Source: an uncultured Ruminococcus sp.
Lineage (GTDB): Bacteria; Bacillota; Clostridia; Oscillospirales; Acutalibacteraceae
Assembly (NCBI GenBank): GCA_902772895.1
Contig: CACYCN010000122.1
Span: 1 to 40,802, forward strand
Length of the DNA: 40,802 nucleotides
Direction: 5' to 3'
Position 1 is the stretch's first letter. The number at the start of each line of letters is the position of its first letter. The notes beneath the pieces are model-generated. The model saw only the letters and a program-made list of their open reading frames with translations, was not told the DNA's origin and searched no databases. A program made the translations under genes and the position numbers. Shown here piece after piece: positions 22,204 through 30,103 of this stretch.

Positions 22204-22863
22204 ATGGTAATTTGTAATAAATGTGGAACGGTGTTTGAGGAGAGTTACTCGATTTGTCCGAATTGCGGGACCCCTTATGTGGAAGAAAAGTCGGATAATG
22301 CACCGGTGCATAAAATTCCGCTTCCTACCCAAAGCCAACCGGCTCCCATGAAACCGGTATCCCCTGAGAAGCCTGTGTCGGATGCTCCTACGGTTCAGCT
22401 GGCGCCTGAGCCGTCAAAGAACTCGGATAAGAAACCACCTGAGAAGTCAAAAAAATTGCTGATTACAATTATTATTATCGTTTGTGCGGTCGTTTTGCTG
22501 GCAGGAGGCGCTGTGCTGGCATTTGTTCTCCTGAATCAGAATAACGGGGACAAAGGTCAGGACGGAAAGACCGAATCTTCTGTTGTGGATGTCAGCGATG
22601 ACCAACAAAACAGTAATCAGACTTCGGATACACAATCTTCCGCCGATCAGGAGTCTGCTGTGGAGTCTTCTGTGGAATCTTCTGTGGAGTCTGTTGCGGA
22701 AGAGTCGGAGAAATCCCTGACGGAATTCTCTGAAGCTTCTAAAGAGTTAACCGACGGTGAACAAGATAATGATACGAATGATACTGCCGGTGACAATGCG
22801 GATAATCATGATGAGGACAATCCGGAGTATTTGCCGGAAGATGTCAATGTCCCTTTGGGATAA
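22204..22863 (+). CDS. Zinc-ribbon + single TM + extracellular Ser/Asp/Glu-rich low-complexity protein
   Basis: MVICNKCGTVFEESYSICPNCG. TM LLITIIIIVCAVVLLAGGAVLAFVLL. The acidic tail contains 12-nt repeats (ESAVESSVESSVESVA, about 22651-22696). Confidence 0.7.
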   Translation: MVICNKCGTVFEESYSICPNCGTPYVEEKSDNAPVHKIPLPTQSQPAPMKPVSPEKPVSDAPTVQLAPEPSKNSDKKPPEKSKKLLITIIIIVCAVVLLAGGAVLAFVLLNQNNGDKGQDGKTESSVVDVSDDQQNSNQTSDTQSSADQESAVESSVESSVESVAEESEKSLTEFSEASKELTDGEQDNDTNDTAGDNADNHDEDNPEYLPEDVNVPLG

Positions 22864-22913
22864 GAATCGCCCTGTCCGGCATCGTTTTTCCGGATCATAA
22901 ATTCCGATGATAC

Positions 22914-22966
22914 AACACCGGATGTGCTGAGATAACCATCAGTACATCCGGTGTTTTGCTTTTTTG
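22914..22966. terminator. Stem-loop between convergent genes; T-tract on the + strand
   Basis: aacaccggatgt (22914-22925) / acatccggtgtt (22944-22955), followed by ttgcttttttg. Confidence 0.75.
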
Positions 22967-22976
22967 AAATATCCGA

Positions 22977-23756
22977 CTATTTGGACAGGGCGGGAAGGGC
23001 TTCCAGAGGAAGATAGGTGTTATCGGAAATCAGTTCCAGATGAAGATGGCTGCCGTCCAGGGATTCACAGGGGATGGTGCCGAGATAGCCGATGGTATCG
23101 CCGGAGGAGACATTGGTGCCTACGGTAATGACAGGCGTATCTGTCATGCCGCAGTAGCGCGCCGTGCAGCTGCCGTGATCGACGGTAATGATATTGCCGT
23201 AAAGCGGGTCTTTTGTCATGGAACGGATGACGCCGTCTTCAATGGCATGGACGGCAGTGCCTTCGTTCGCCGCAATATCAATGCCGCAATGTGTCCGCCA
23301 GTCAGAGGTCGTTTTCGAATACAGCAGATCGCTGAGACTGAATGGTTTGATGATCACGCCTCCGTCAATGGCATCGGAATAAACATTGCCTGAGGGCTCG
23401 GAGTCTTCGGAGGAATCGGGGCTTTCTGCGGTGTCGTCTGAGGAGTTGGTTTCTTCGGTATTGACAGGCTGTGCCTCTTGGGAGGAAGACGTGTTTTCGG
23501 CTGTATCGCTTCCGTCAGGGGTCGGTGACGGTTCGGCGTCAGAGGGGGCATATTCGCCGCTCAGTTCCTGGTCTGTGGCTGCGGCGGATGGCTCGGCCTG
23601 GTCATCGTCGGCGGTATATTCAAGGAGACTGCCGTAAGTAGTCCATGCCGCCGCTGCAATGGTGACGATACAAATGGCTAAGGCAATATAGAATCCGGTG
23701 TTCTTTTTGGGAGAACGTGTTTTTTGATAATGGTTGGTTCGTCTGGTGTTTCTCAT
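22977..23756 (-). CDS. M23-family (LytM/lysostaphin-like) peptidoglycan metalloendopeptidase, membrane-anchored
   Basis: HCGIDIAA (HxxxD) and GSHLHLE (HxH) motifs. N-terminal TM FYIALAICIVTIAAAAW and an acidic linker. Start moved to the ATG at 23754-23756 (MRNTRRTN), which has GGAGGTAAC upstream. The track's longer 367-aa form runs through the upstream terminator and into the next gene. Confidence 0.85.
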   Translation of the reverse strand: MRNTRRTNHYQKTRSPKKNTGFYIALAICIVTIAAAAWTTYGSLLEYTADDDQAEPSAAATDQELSGEYAPSDAEPSPTPDGSDTAENTSSSQEAQPVNTEETNSSDDTAESPDSSEDSEPSGNVYSDAIDGGVIIKPFSLSDLLYSKTTSDWRTHCGIDIAANEGTAVHAIEDGVIRSMTKDPLYGNIITVDHGSCTARYCGMTDTPVITVGTNVSSGDTIGYLGTIPCESLDGSHLHLELISDNTYLPLEALPALSK

Positions 23757-23842
23757 GCTGGTTACCTCCGATTGAAATTTGACTTTCCTGGGAAAGCGTT
23801 TGCTTTTAGTATCGCCTGAATCGGAGTTTTTATGCGTTTCCA

Positions 23843-23876
23843 GCATAAAAAAACAGACACGTAAAACGTGTCTGTT
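23843..23876 (-). terminator. Rho-independent terminator of the acidic-repeat lipoprotein gene
   Basis: aacagacacg / cgtgtctgtt stem (23852-23876), followed on the minus strand by ttttttt. Confidence 0.8.
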
Positions 23877-23898
23877 CGAAATAGTTAAAGTTGTCGGA

Positions 23899-24594
23899 TC
23901 AGGACTCGGAAGTATATTCCTTTTCGTTTTCGATGTCATATTTGCCGCTTGCGGGGATACTTTTCTTGGAGGCACGGAGACCTTCCGTGTTGGTTTTGAA
24001 GACAATACCCGGGTTGACAAATTCTTCGCCGTCAGAAGCAAGTTTGGAAACAACATACTTGTACTTATGCGCGCCTTCATCTACTAACGTCATTTCGATA
24101 CCGAAATCGTCGTTTTTACGGTTAGCTTCATCATAGACATATGCATAGCAGTCTGTCCAGTTTTCGGGTGCAATAAAGTAAACGGTAGCCAGAGCGTTTT
24201 CGTCTGTTGCTTCTGAGGCTTCTTCAGCAGCAGAGGATTCTTCTGTTTCGGAAGGCTCTTCAGCGGCAGAGGATTCTTCTGTTTCGGAAGGTTCTTCTGT
24301 TTCGGAAGGTTCTTCAGCGGCAGAGGATTCTGCGGCTGTTGAGCTTTCAGCGGCAACGGATGATTCCGCCTTAGAAGATTCTTCGGTTTTGCTTGTGTCG
24401 CCGGCTGCAGATGAAGTGGAAGCGTCAGATGCTTTTGAAGACTGCTGTGTAGTATCCTCATCAGTTGCAACGCCGACATAGTTACCGTCTTTATCATAAT
24501 AGTATGTCGTACCTGCGCAGCCTGTCAGCAGTACGCCGGAGCCTGCGGCAAGTGCAAGCGCCATCATAATTGCGGTGATTTGTTTACGTTTCAT
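23899..24594 (-). CDS. Lipoprotein with a Ser/Glu-rich tandem-repeat linker and a C-terminal beta-rich module of about 95 aa (possible carbohydrate-binding module)
   Basis: Lipobox LLTGC. Repeats AAEEPSETEE/ESSAAEEPSETEE. C-terminal ATVYFIAPENWTDCYAYVYDE...GIEMTLVDEGAHKYKYVV...GIVFKTN. Confidence 0.7.
   Translation of the reverse strand: MKRKQITAIMMALALAAGSGVLLTGCAGTTYYYDKDGNYVGVATDEDTTQQSSKASDASTSSAAGDTSKTEESSKAESSVAAESSTAAESSAAEEPSETEEPSETEESSAAEEPSETEESSAAEEASEATDENALATVYFIAPENWTDCYAYVYDEANRKNDDFGIEMTLVDEGAHKYKYVVSKLASDGEEFVNPGIVFKTNTEGLRASKKSIPASGKYDIENEKEYTSES
24214..24363 (-). repeat. In-frame acidic tandem repeats (PSETEE / ESSAAEE units) within the lipoprotein gene
   Basis: Repeated ggttcttctgtttcggaagg / cttcagcggcagaggattc blocks on the + strand. 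Confidence 0.85.
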
Positions 24595-24791
24595 TTCATT
24601 ACCTCCGTTATTGTATGATACAACACGATTCTAATATACTATATATAATTATACACTTTAACAAAAAATTTTCAATATATTTTTTTAATAATTTTAAAAA
24701 ATTGTACATTCTGACGATAGATTTCGTTGACTCTTTCTGAAAGAAACAAAAAATTTGTGAGATATGAATAGATGATAGAGCAGAAATACCA

Positions 24792-24820
24792 TTGACGGCG
24801 GCTCAAGGATTCTATACAAT
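24792..24820 (+). promoter_or_regulatory. Promoter TTGACG-17-TACAAT for the Cof phosphatase gene
   Basis: ttgacg at 24792-24797 and tacaat at 24815-24820, within an AT-rich divergent intergenic region. Confidence 0.45.
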
Positions 24821-24868
24821 AGGCACAGACAGAAATGACTGATTTTTCAATAAAGGAAGCATGATGGT

Positions 24869-25702
24869 ATGTTCTATCGGATCATCGCACTGGATATTGA
24901 CGGAACCCTCACTAACTCACAAAAACGCATCAGTCCTGAAACCAAACAGGTTCTGATGGAGTATCAGCAAAACGGCGGCAGAGTGATATTGGCGTCCGGC
25001 CGTCCGACACAGGGTGTCCTGCCTTATGCCAGAACACTGTCCCTGGAACAATACGGGGGCTATATCCTGTCCTATAACGGCGGTTGTATGATTGACTGTG
25101 AAAAGGATCGTGTGGTATTTCAGAATAAACTGCCGCTTCGGTATATTCCGGAACTCTGTGAGATCATTAAACCGTATCCCGTGGGAATCAATACCTATGA
25201 GGGAGATCAGGTGATTGTGGGACAGCAGATCAACCGTTATGCCCGGCTGGAATGCCGGATCAATCAAATGAAAATGAAGTTCGTCGGAAATTTTGCGGAG
25301 TATGTGAATTTTGATATTACCAAATGTCTGCTGCAGGGAGAGCCGGAAGTGATCAGTGAACTGGAACAGGTTCTTCTGGAACGCTATGAAGGTGAATTGG
25401 GAATCTTTAAGTCGGAACCCTTTTTCCTGGAAATCGTGCCGCCGGATATCGATAAGGCAAAATCAATTGACCGTCTGCTGAAAATGCTGGGAATTCCTAC
25501 AGAAGCCTGTATTGCATGCGGTGACGGGTTCAATGATATTACCATGCTGCAGTATGCCGGATTAGGGGTTGCCATGTCGAATGCCTCCCGCACGGTCCAG
25601 AAAGCTGCCGATTATGTGACTCGTTCCAATGACAATAACGGTATTGCGTATGTGCTTTGCCGTCTGGGAAATCGTGAGATGCCGACATCGGTCAGAGTAT
25701 AA
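24869..25702 (+). CDS. Cof-type HAD-IIB sugar-phosphate phosphatase
   Basis: IALDIDGTL motif I, SGRP motif II, GDGFNDITML motif IV. Length and cap region are typical of the Cof subfamily. Confidence 0.85.
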   Translation: MFYRIIALDIDGTLTNSQKRISPETKQVLMEYQQNGGRVILASGRPTQGVLPYARTLSLEQYGGYILSYNGGCMIDCEKDRVVFQNKLPLRYIPELCEIIKPYPVGINTYEGDQVIVGQQINRYARLECRINQMKMKFVGNFAEYVNFDITKCLLQGEPEVISELEQVLLERYEGELGIFKSEPFFLEIVPPDIDKAKSIDRLLKMLGIPTEACIACGDGFNDITMLQYAGLGVAMSNASRTVQKAADYVTRSNDNNGIAYVLCRLGNREMPTSVRV

Positions 25703-25718
25703 ATTAAGAATCGTTTTG

Positions 25719-25753
25719 AAAGGTGCATCATCTGAGGATAGTGCGCCTTTTTC
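25719..25753 (+). terminator. Terminator after the Cof gene
   Basis: aaaggtgca / tgcgccttt stem (one G-U pair), followed by ttc. Confidence 0.55.
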
Positions 25754-25788
25754 TATTGTGGATTCCGGTGATTTGTGTTATAATGGAA

Positions 25789-25835
25789 AAGTATGATAGA
25801 AAGTATGATAGAAAGTATGATAGAAAGTATGATAG
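25789..25835 (+). repeat. Four perfect tandem copies of the 12-mer AAGTATGATAGA (last copy 11 nt), immediately downstream of a TGTTATAAT extended -10
   Basis: Units at 25789, 25801, 25813 and 25825. tgttataat lies at 25775-25783. A polypurine GGA-rich tract (25858-25886) follows, before the SprT-like start. Confidence 0.95.
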
Positions 25836-25888
25836 TTTGAAAGTCGTGACAGGAATGCGGAAACGGGAAAGGGAAAGGAACAGGGATT

Positions 25889-26383
25889 GTGATGAATGAC
25901 TTCGACCGTCTGATGCAGGAAGTCCGGACGGAAATGAAACGGCTGAAAATTCCGGTTTCACCGAATATTGATCCGGTAGTGCGGGTGAATCGCCGTGCCA
26001 AGACCCGTTTCGGGATGTGTATCCGTGTGAAGGACCGCTTTACGATTGAACTTTCGGAAGTGCTTCTGGAAGCACCGGAACGTTCTTGCCGTCAGACTCT
26101 GGCCCATGAACTGATTCATACCTGCAGGGGTTGTCAGAATCATGGCAAAACTTTTATCAGATATGCCGAAAAAATGAACCGGGCATATGGCTATGATATC
26201 AAACGCTGTCATTCTCCGGAAGAAATGGGGCTGACGGCGGAAAGTATCGCCAAAAAGGTCAATTATATTGTCAGATGTACCAAGTGCGGGACGGAAATTC
26301 AGCGGACCCGCTATTCATCCGTGATTGCTGACCCGTCACGCTATCGCTGCCGATGCGGCGGTCAGCTGAGAAGGATTAAGTGA
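25889..26383 (+). CDS. SprT-like zinc metalloprotease-domain protein with a C-terminal zinc-ribbon
   Basis: HELIH motif (LAHELIHTC). C-terminal CTKCG...CRCGG. The start is GTG 25889 or ATG 25892. Confidence 0.75.
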   Translation: MMNDFDRLMQEVRTEMKRLKIPVSPNIDPVVRVNRRAKTRFGMCIRVKDRFTIELSEVLLEAPERSCRQTLAHELIHTCRGCQNHGKTFIRYAEKMNRAYGYDIKRCHSPEEMGLTAESIAKKVNYIVRCTKCGTEIQRTRYSSVIADPSRYRCRCGGQLRRIK

Positions 26384-26386
26384 GTA

Positions 26387-27373
26387 GTGTCAGGTGCGGA
26401 CGCCGGGAGAGACAAAGGAATGAAAGATCAGAAAGACAGTACCGTTATCAGTCAAACCAGTGAATTCCAATCGAAAAAAGATAAACTCCTGTCCGGCACT
26501 GACAGGACGGCGCAGCCGGAAAAGAAGCAGGGATCCGTCAATGGGGCAGTCCCGGAAAATGAGACGGTTCTGTGCTGTCCGATCTGCGGTGGGAAATTAG
26601 TCAGAGAAGAAAAAAGTTACCGGTGTGAAAAACGGCATAGTTTTGACAGGGCAAGACAGGGATATGTGAATCTGCTGCCGGTACAGCAGAAACATTCTCT
26701 GAATCCCGGAGATACCAAGGAAATGCTGTCTGCCAGACGCCGCTTTCTCGACAGCGGTCATTATCATCCGATCTGTCAGGATGTGGCGGACTGTATTCTC
26801 AGATATCAACGGCGGGAACATCCGCTGTTAGCCGATATCGGCTGCGGCGAAGGCTATTATACCGCTGCGTTTGAGCGTCTGTGCGGTGTGAACGGAATCG
26901 GGGCGGATATTGCCAAGGATGGCGTCAGAATGGCCTGTCAGAGGAGTAAAACCATTCTATGGCTGGTGGCAACGGCTTCCAGACTGCCGTTCCGGGAGGA
27001 AAGCGTGGATGTGTTGACGGCAATGTTTTCGCTGCTGCTGCCGGAAGAGTATGAAAGAGTGCTGAAACCCGGCGGTTGTGTCATTGAAGTGACCGTGGGC
27101 AGCGACCATTTACGGGAACTGAAGGAAATTATCTATGACGAAGTGTTTGAGCAGCATAAGCATCCGGTATCCGTGGAGGGTGCGCTGGTTGAAACGGAAT
27201 GTACGGAACATCGTTACCGGATGACGCTGCCTCATAGGGAATTGCAGGATCTGCTGCTGATGACGCCGCATTTCTGGCGTATCCGTCAGGAACGAAGGCG
27301 GCAGTTGGAGGAAACCGAACAATTGACACTGACGGTTCATTATTGGGTCAGGGTCTTGCAGAAAACGCAATGA
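26387..27373 (+). CDS. rlmA: 23S rRNA (guanine-N1)-methyltransferase RlmA family (Zn-finger + SAM-dependent methyltransferase)
   Basis: CPICGGKL...YRCEKRHSFDRARQGYVNLLP...GDTKEMLSARRRFLDSGHY is the characteristic RlmA N-terminus. SAM motif DIGCGEGYY. The N-terminal extension is about 50 aa longer than I would expect. Start is GTG 26387, with an alternative ATG at 26420. Confidence 0.8.
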   Translation: MSGADAGRDKGMKDQKDSTVISQTSEFQSKKDKLLSGTDRTAQPEKKQGSVNGAVPENETVLCCPICGGKLVREEKSYRCEKRHSFDRARQGYVNLLPVQQKHSLNPGDTKEMLSARRRFLDSGHYHPICQDVADCILRYQRREHPLLADIGCGEGYYTAAFERLCGVNGIGADIAKDGVRMACQRSKTILWLVATASRLPFREESVDVLTAMFSLLLPEEYERVLKPGGCVIEVTVGSDHLRELKEIIYDEVFEQHKHPVSVEGALVETECTEHRYRMTLPHRELQDLLLMTPHFWRIRQERRRQLEETEQLTLTVHYWVRVLQKTQ

Positions 27374-27411
27374 CCGGGAATGATTCATACTAACGGAAAG
27401 AAGGATGACAG

Positions 27412-28194
27412 ATGAAAAAGGGAATCGCATTGCTCTTACTGGCAGCGCTGGTATCGCTGTGCGGCTGTGCGGCCAATGAAAAAACCGAAAGCTCCGTATA
27501 TGAGGGAGTGGAAATCAGTGCGGATGAAAACGGACTGACTTATATTCTGCGTAGTGATGTGTCTGAGATGTCCCAGGGCTCCCGTCTGGAGATTAAAGAA
27601 AAAAGCGATGTCTCTGCGCCGGAGGACAGTATCAGCTTTCAGGAAGCCTGTGATCTGATTGACAGCTGTAATATGGATATGCTCTATCTGCCGCAGAAGG
27701 CTTCGGATTATGAGAAACTGTATTTTGCTACCGTAGATGAGGGCGGCGATCCGTATTACTCGATCTATAACTGTATTGTGGTCGGGAATAAGAAAATTCT
27801 GGTAGGAACCAATTGCTTGGTCAGCTGTAACGGACAAAATGTGTATAAAAAAAGCTGGGTTGGCGCCTTTGAGGAAGTGACACTCCATTCTTCCGGCGCT
27901 GATCAGACCGTGAAAGAACGTTATCCGGATGCCAGGATTACCCCGAATGAAGCGCTTAAAGTACTGGCAGAAAATGAAGAGGGCTTACGGCTGGAGGACG
28001 ATATCACGCAGTATGTCTTTGAATTTGACGAAAAACTGGTGACCGCTGAAAGTATTCCGTGTTATAAAATTACGCCTAAAATAGAATATACGAACAGCGT
28101 GGAACTGAAAACCGCTTATTATGTCAGCGCTTACGGTACCGGAGAGGTATTCTTTCCGAAATCGGACGGAAGCGGCTTTACCAGAATCGGCTGA
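27412..28194 (+). CDS. Hypothetical lipoprotein
   Basis: Lipobox LVSLCGC. No recognisable catalytic motif. Confidence 0.6.
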   Translation: MKKGIALLLLAALVSLCGCAANEKTESSVYEGVEISADENGLTYILRSDVSEMSQGSRLEIKEKSDVSAPEDSISFQEACDLIDSCNMDMLYLPQKASDYEKLYFATVDEGGDPYYSIYNCIVVGNKKILVGTNCLVSCNGQNVYKKSWVGAFEEVTLHSSGADQTVKERYPDARITPNEALKVLAENEEGLRLEDDITQYVFEFDEKLVTAESIPCYKITPKIEYTNSVELKTAYYVSAYGTGEVFFPKSDGSGFTRIG

Positions 28195-28271
28195 CGCTGA
28201 CAGTATCATCCCCGGTGCCGTTACGGTATCGATAGATAAATTGAGAAACATTAACGTAAGGAGAGATCATC

Positions 28272-29444
28272 ATGGTTATTCAACCCAAAGTAAGAGGATT
28301 TATTTGTACGACAGCACATCCGGAGGGCTGTAAGGCTGCCGTGAAGGAACAGATTGATTTTGTCAAGGCACAGAAACATGCGGATGGTCCCCAAAAGGTA
28401 CTGGTAGTCGGTGCTTCTATGGGTTATGGTCTGGCTTCGAGAATTACGGCGGCTTATTCTTTCGGCGCCGCTACCATCGGTGTGATCTTTGATAAGCCTG
28501 CCAGCGGCAATAAAACGGCTTCTTCCGGCTGGTATAATACGGCGGCGTTTGAAGAGTTCGCCCTGGCGGACGGTCTGTATGCCAAAACCGTCAACGGTGA
28601 CGCGAATGCCAAAGAAACCAAGGATTTTGTTATCGAAATGATCAAAAAGGATCTGGGTAAGGTGGATTTGGTCGTCTATAGTCTGGCGGCGCCCAGACGT
28701 ACCACGGATGACGGTGTGACATATTCTTCCGTACTGAAAACGGTCGGCGAACCTTATACCAATAAAACGATTGATCTGAAAAACCGTGTTGTCAGCGATA
28801 TTACCGTTCCGCCTGCTACGGAGGAGGAAGTCAGCGCAACAGTAAAGGTAATGGGCGGCGAAGACTGGAAAAGCTGGATCGATGCCCTGAAAGCTGCCGA
28901 TGCGATTGAGGATAACGCCGTAACCGTGGCATATTCTTATATCGGTCCGGATATTACACATCCGATGTATGCCGATGGTTCGATCGGTAAGGCAAAGGAT
29001 CATCTTTTTGCAACATCCAAGGAAATTACTGCCGAAGGAATCAAAGCTTATATCTCCGTCAATAAGGCTCTGGTGACACAGTCCAGCGCCGCTATTCCGA
29101 TTGTTCCGTTATATATTTCGATTCTGTATAAGGTAATGAAAGCAAACGGTGTTCATGAAGGCTGTATTCAACAGATGTATCGTCTGATGAATCAGAAACT
29201 TTTTGCCGGTGATGCGGTTGTGGATGAAGAAAACCGGATCCGTCTGGATGACCTTGAGATGCAGGAGTCTATTCAGAATGAAGTCAGACAGCTCTGGCAG
29301 GACATTACTACGGAGAATCTTTCCTCTCATGCGGATCTGGACGGCTATTTCAAAGACTTCTATCAGCTGTTTGGCTTCGGTGTAGAGGGAATCGATTATT
29401 CAGCCGATACCAATGCGGATGTCAGAATTCCGTCTATCGGCTGA
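28272..29444 (+). CDS. fabV: Trans-2-enoyl-CoA / enoyl-ACP reductase of the FabV/Ter family
   Basis: N-terminus MVIQPKVRGFICTTAHPEGC and VLVVGASMGYGLASRI are hallmark FabV/TER sequences. About 390 aa. RBS AAGGAGAG. Confidence 0.9.
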   Translation: MVIQPKVRGFICTTAHPEGCKAAVKEQIDFVKAQKHADGPQKVLVVGASMGYGLASRITAAYSFGAATIGVIFDKPASGNKTASSGWYNTAAFEEFALADGLYAKTVNGDANAKETKDFVIEMIKKDLGKVDLVVYSLAAPRRTTDDGVTYSSVLKTVGEPYTNKTIDLKNRVVSDITVPPATEEEVSATVKVMGGEDWKSWIDALKAADAIEDNAVTVAYSYIGPDITHPMYADGSIGKAKDHLFATSKEITAEGIKAYISVNKALVTQSSAAIPIVPLYISILYKVMKANGVHEGCIQQMYRLMNQKLFAGDAVVDEENRIRLDDLEMQESIQNEVRQLWQDITTENLSSHADLDGYFKDFYQLFGFGVEGIDYSADTNADVRIPSIG

Positions 29445-29458
29445 TAGGGTGACCGTTT

Positions 29459-30103
29459 ATGAAGGAAACCGCAAAGGAACCCGTCAAACAGCAGCCTAAG
29501 GTGAATTATCAACTGGAACTTGATAAGACGCTGAAGCGTCTGGTAGAAGAACATCGGCGTCCGAAATTGCTGCTGCATGCCTGTTGTGCGCCCTGCAGCA
29601 GTTATGTGCTGGAATATCTGGAACAATATTTTGACATTGTCGTTTTTTATTACAATCCCAACATATCCCCTGAATCGGAATATCGTCACCGGGTGGATGA
29701 GATCCGTCGGCTGATTCGTGAAATGTGTCCGTCAGTGGGATTTCTTGAGGGCAGGTATGAGCCGGAACGCTTTTTTGAAATGGCGAAGGGATTGGAGCAG
29801 GAACCTGAAAGAGGTGCCAGATGTCTGAAATGTTATCGGATGCGTCTGGAGGAAAGCGCCGCTGCAGCGGCACAGAATGGCTTTGATTATTTTACCACGA
29901 CGCTGACGATCAGTCCTCAGAAGGACAGTGCTGTCCTCAATGCCATAGGAAGGGAAGTCAGTGATCTCTATGGTGTTCCCTATCTCTTTTCTGATTTTAA
30001 AAAGAAAGGCGGCTTCAAGCGTTCTATCGAGCTTTCCGCTCAATTCCGTCTCTATCGACAGAATTTCTGCGGCTGCCCTTTCTCACGGCATGCCACCCCG
30101 TGA
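29459..30103 (+). CDS. queH: Epoxyqueuosine reductase QueH (DUF208)
   Basis: LLLHACCAPCSSY cysteine motif, RCxxCY and NFCGC motifs. About 214 aa. Confidence 0.85.
   Translation: MKETAKEPVKQQPKVNYQLELDKTLKRLVEEHRRPKLLLHACCAPCSSYVLEYLEQYFDIVVFYYNPNISPESEYRHRVDEIRRLIREMCPSVGFLEGRYEPERFFEMAKGLEQEPERGARCLKCYRMRLEESAAAAAQNGFDYFTTTLTISPQKDSAVLNAIGREVSDLYGVPYLFSDFKKKGGFKRSIELSAQFRLYRQNFCGCPFSRHATP

Noticed and set aside
6875-22863. The FHA/kinase/PP2C/vWA cluster as the regulatory arm of a T6SS or T7SS
   Set aside because: The window contains no Hcp/VgrG/TssBC-type genes, no EssC/FtsK-type ATPase, and no WXG100-like small proteins. The host appears Gram-positive. The analogy is kept only as a mechanistic parallel.
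23757-24080. N-terminal 108-aa extension of the M23 peptidase ORF (the 367-aa version)
   Set aside because: The extension crosses the terminator of the upstream lipoprotein gene and overlaps that gene's 3' end. An internal ATG at 23756 has a strong GGAGGTAAC RBS and gives a normal basic N-terminus followed by a TM helix.
25789-25835. Possible CRISPR array, given short perfect direct repeats
   Set aside because: The units are 12 nt and directly abutting with no spacers. No cas genes are present in the window. It is a simple tandem repeat.
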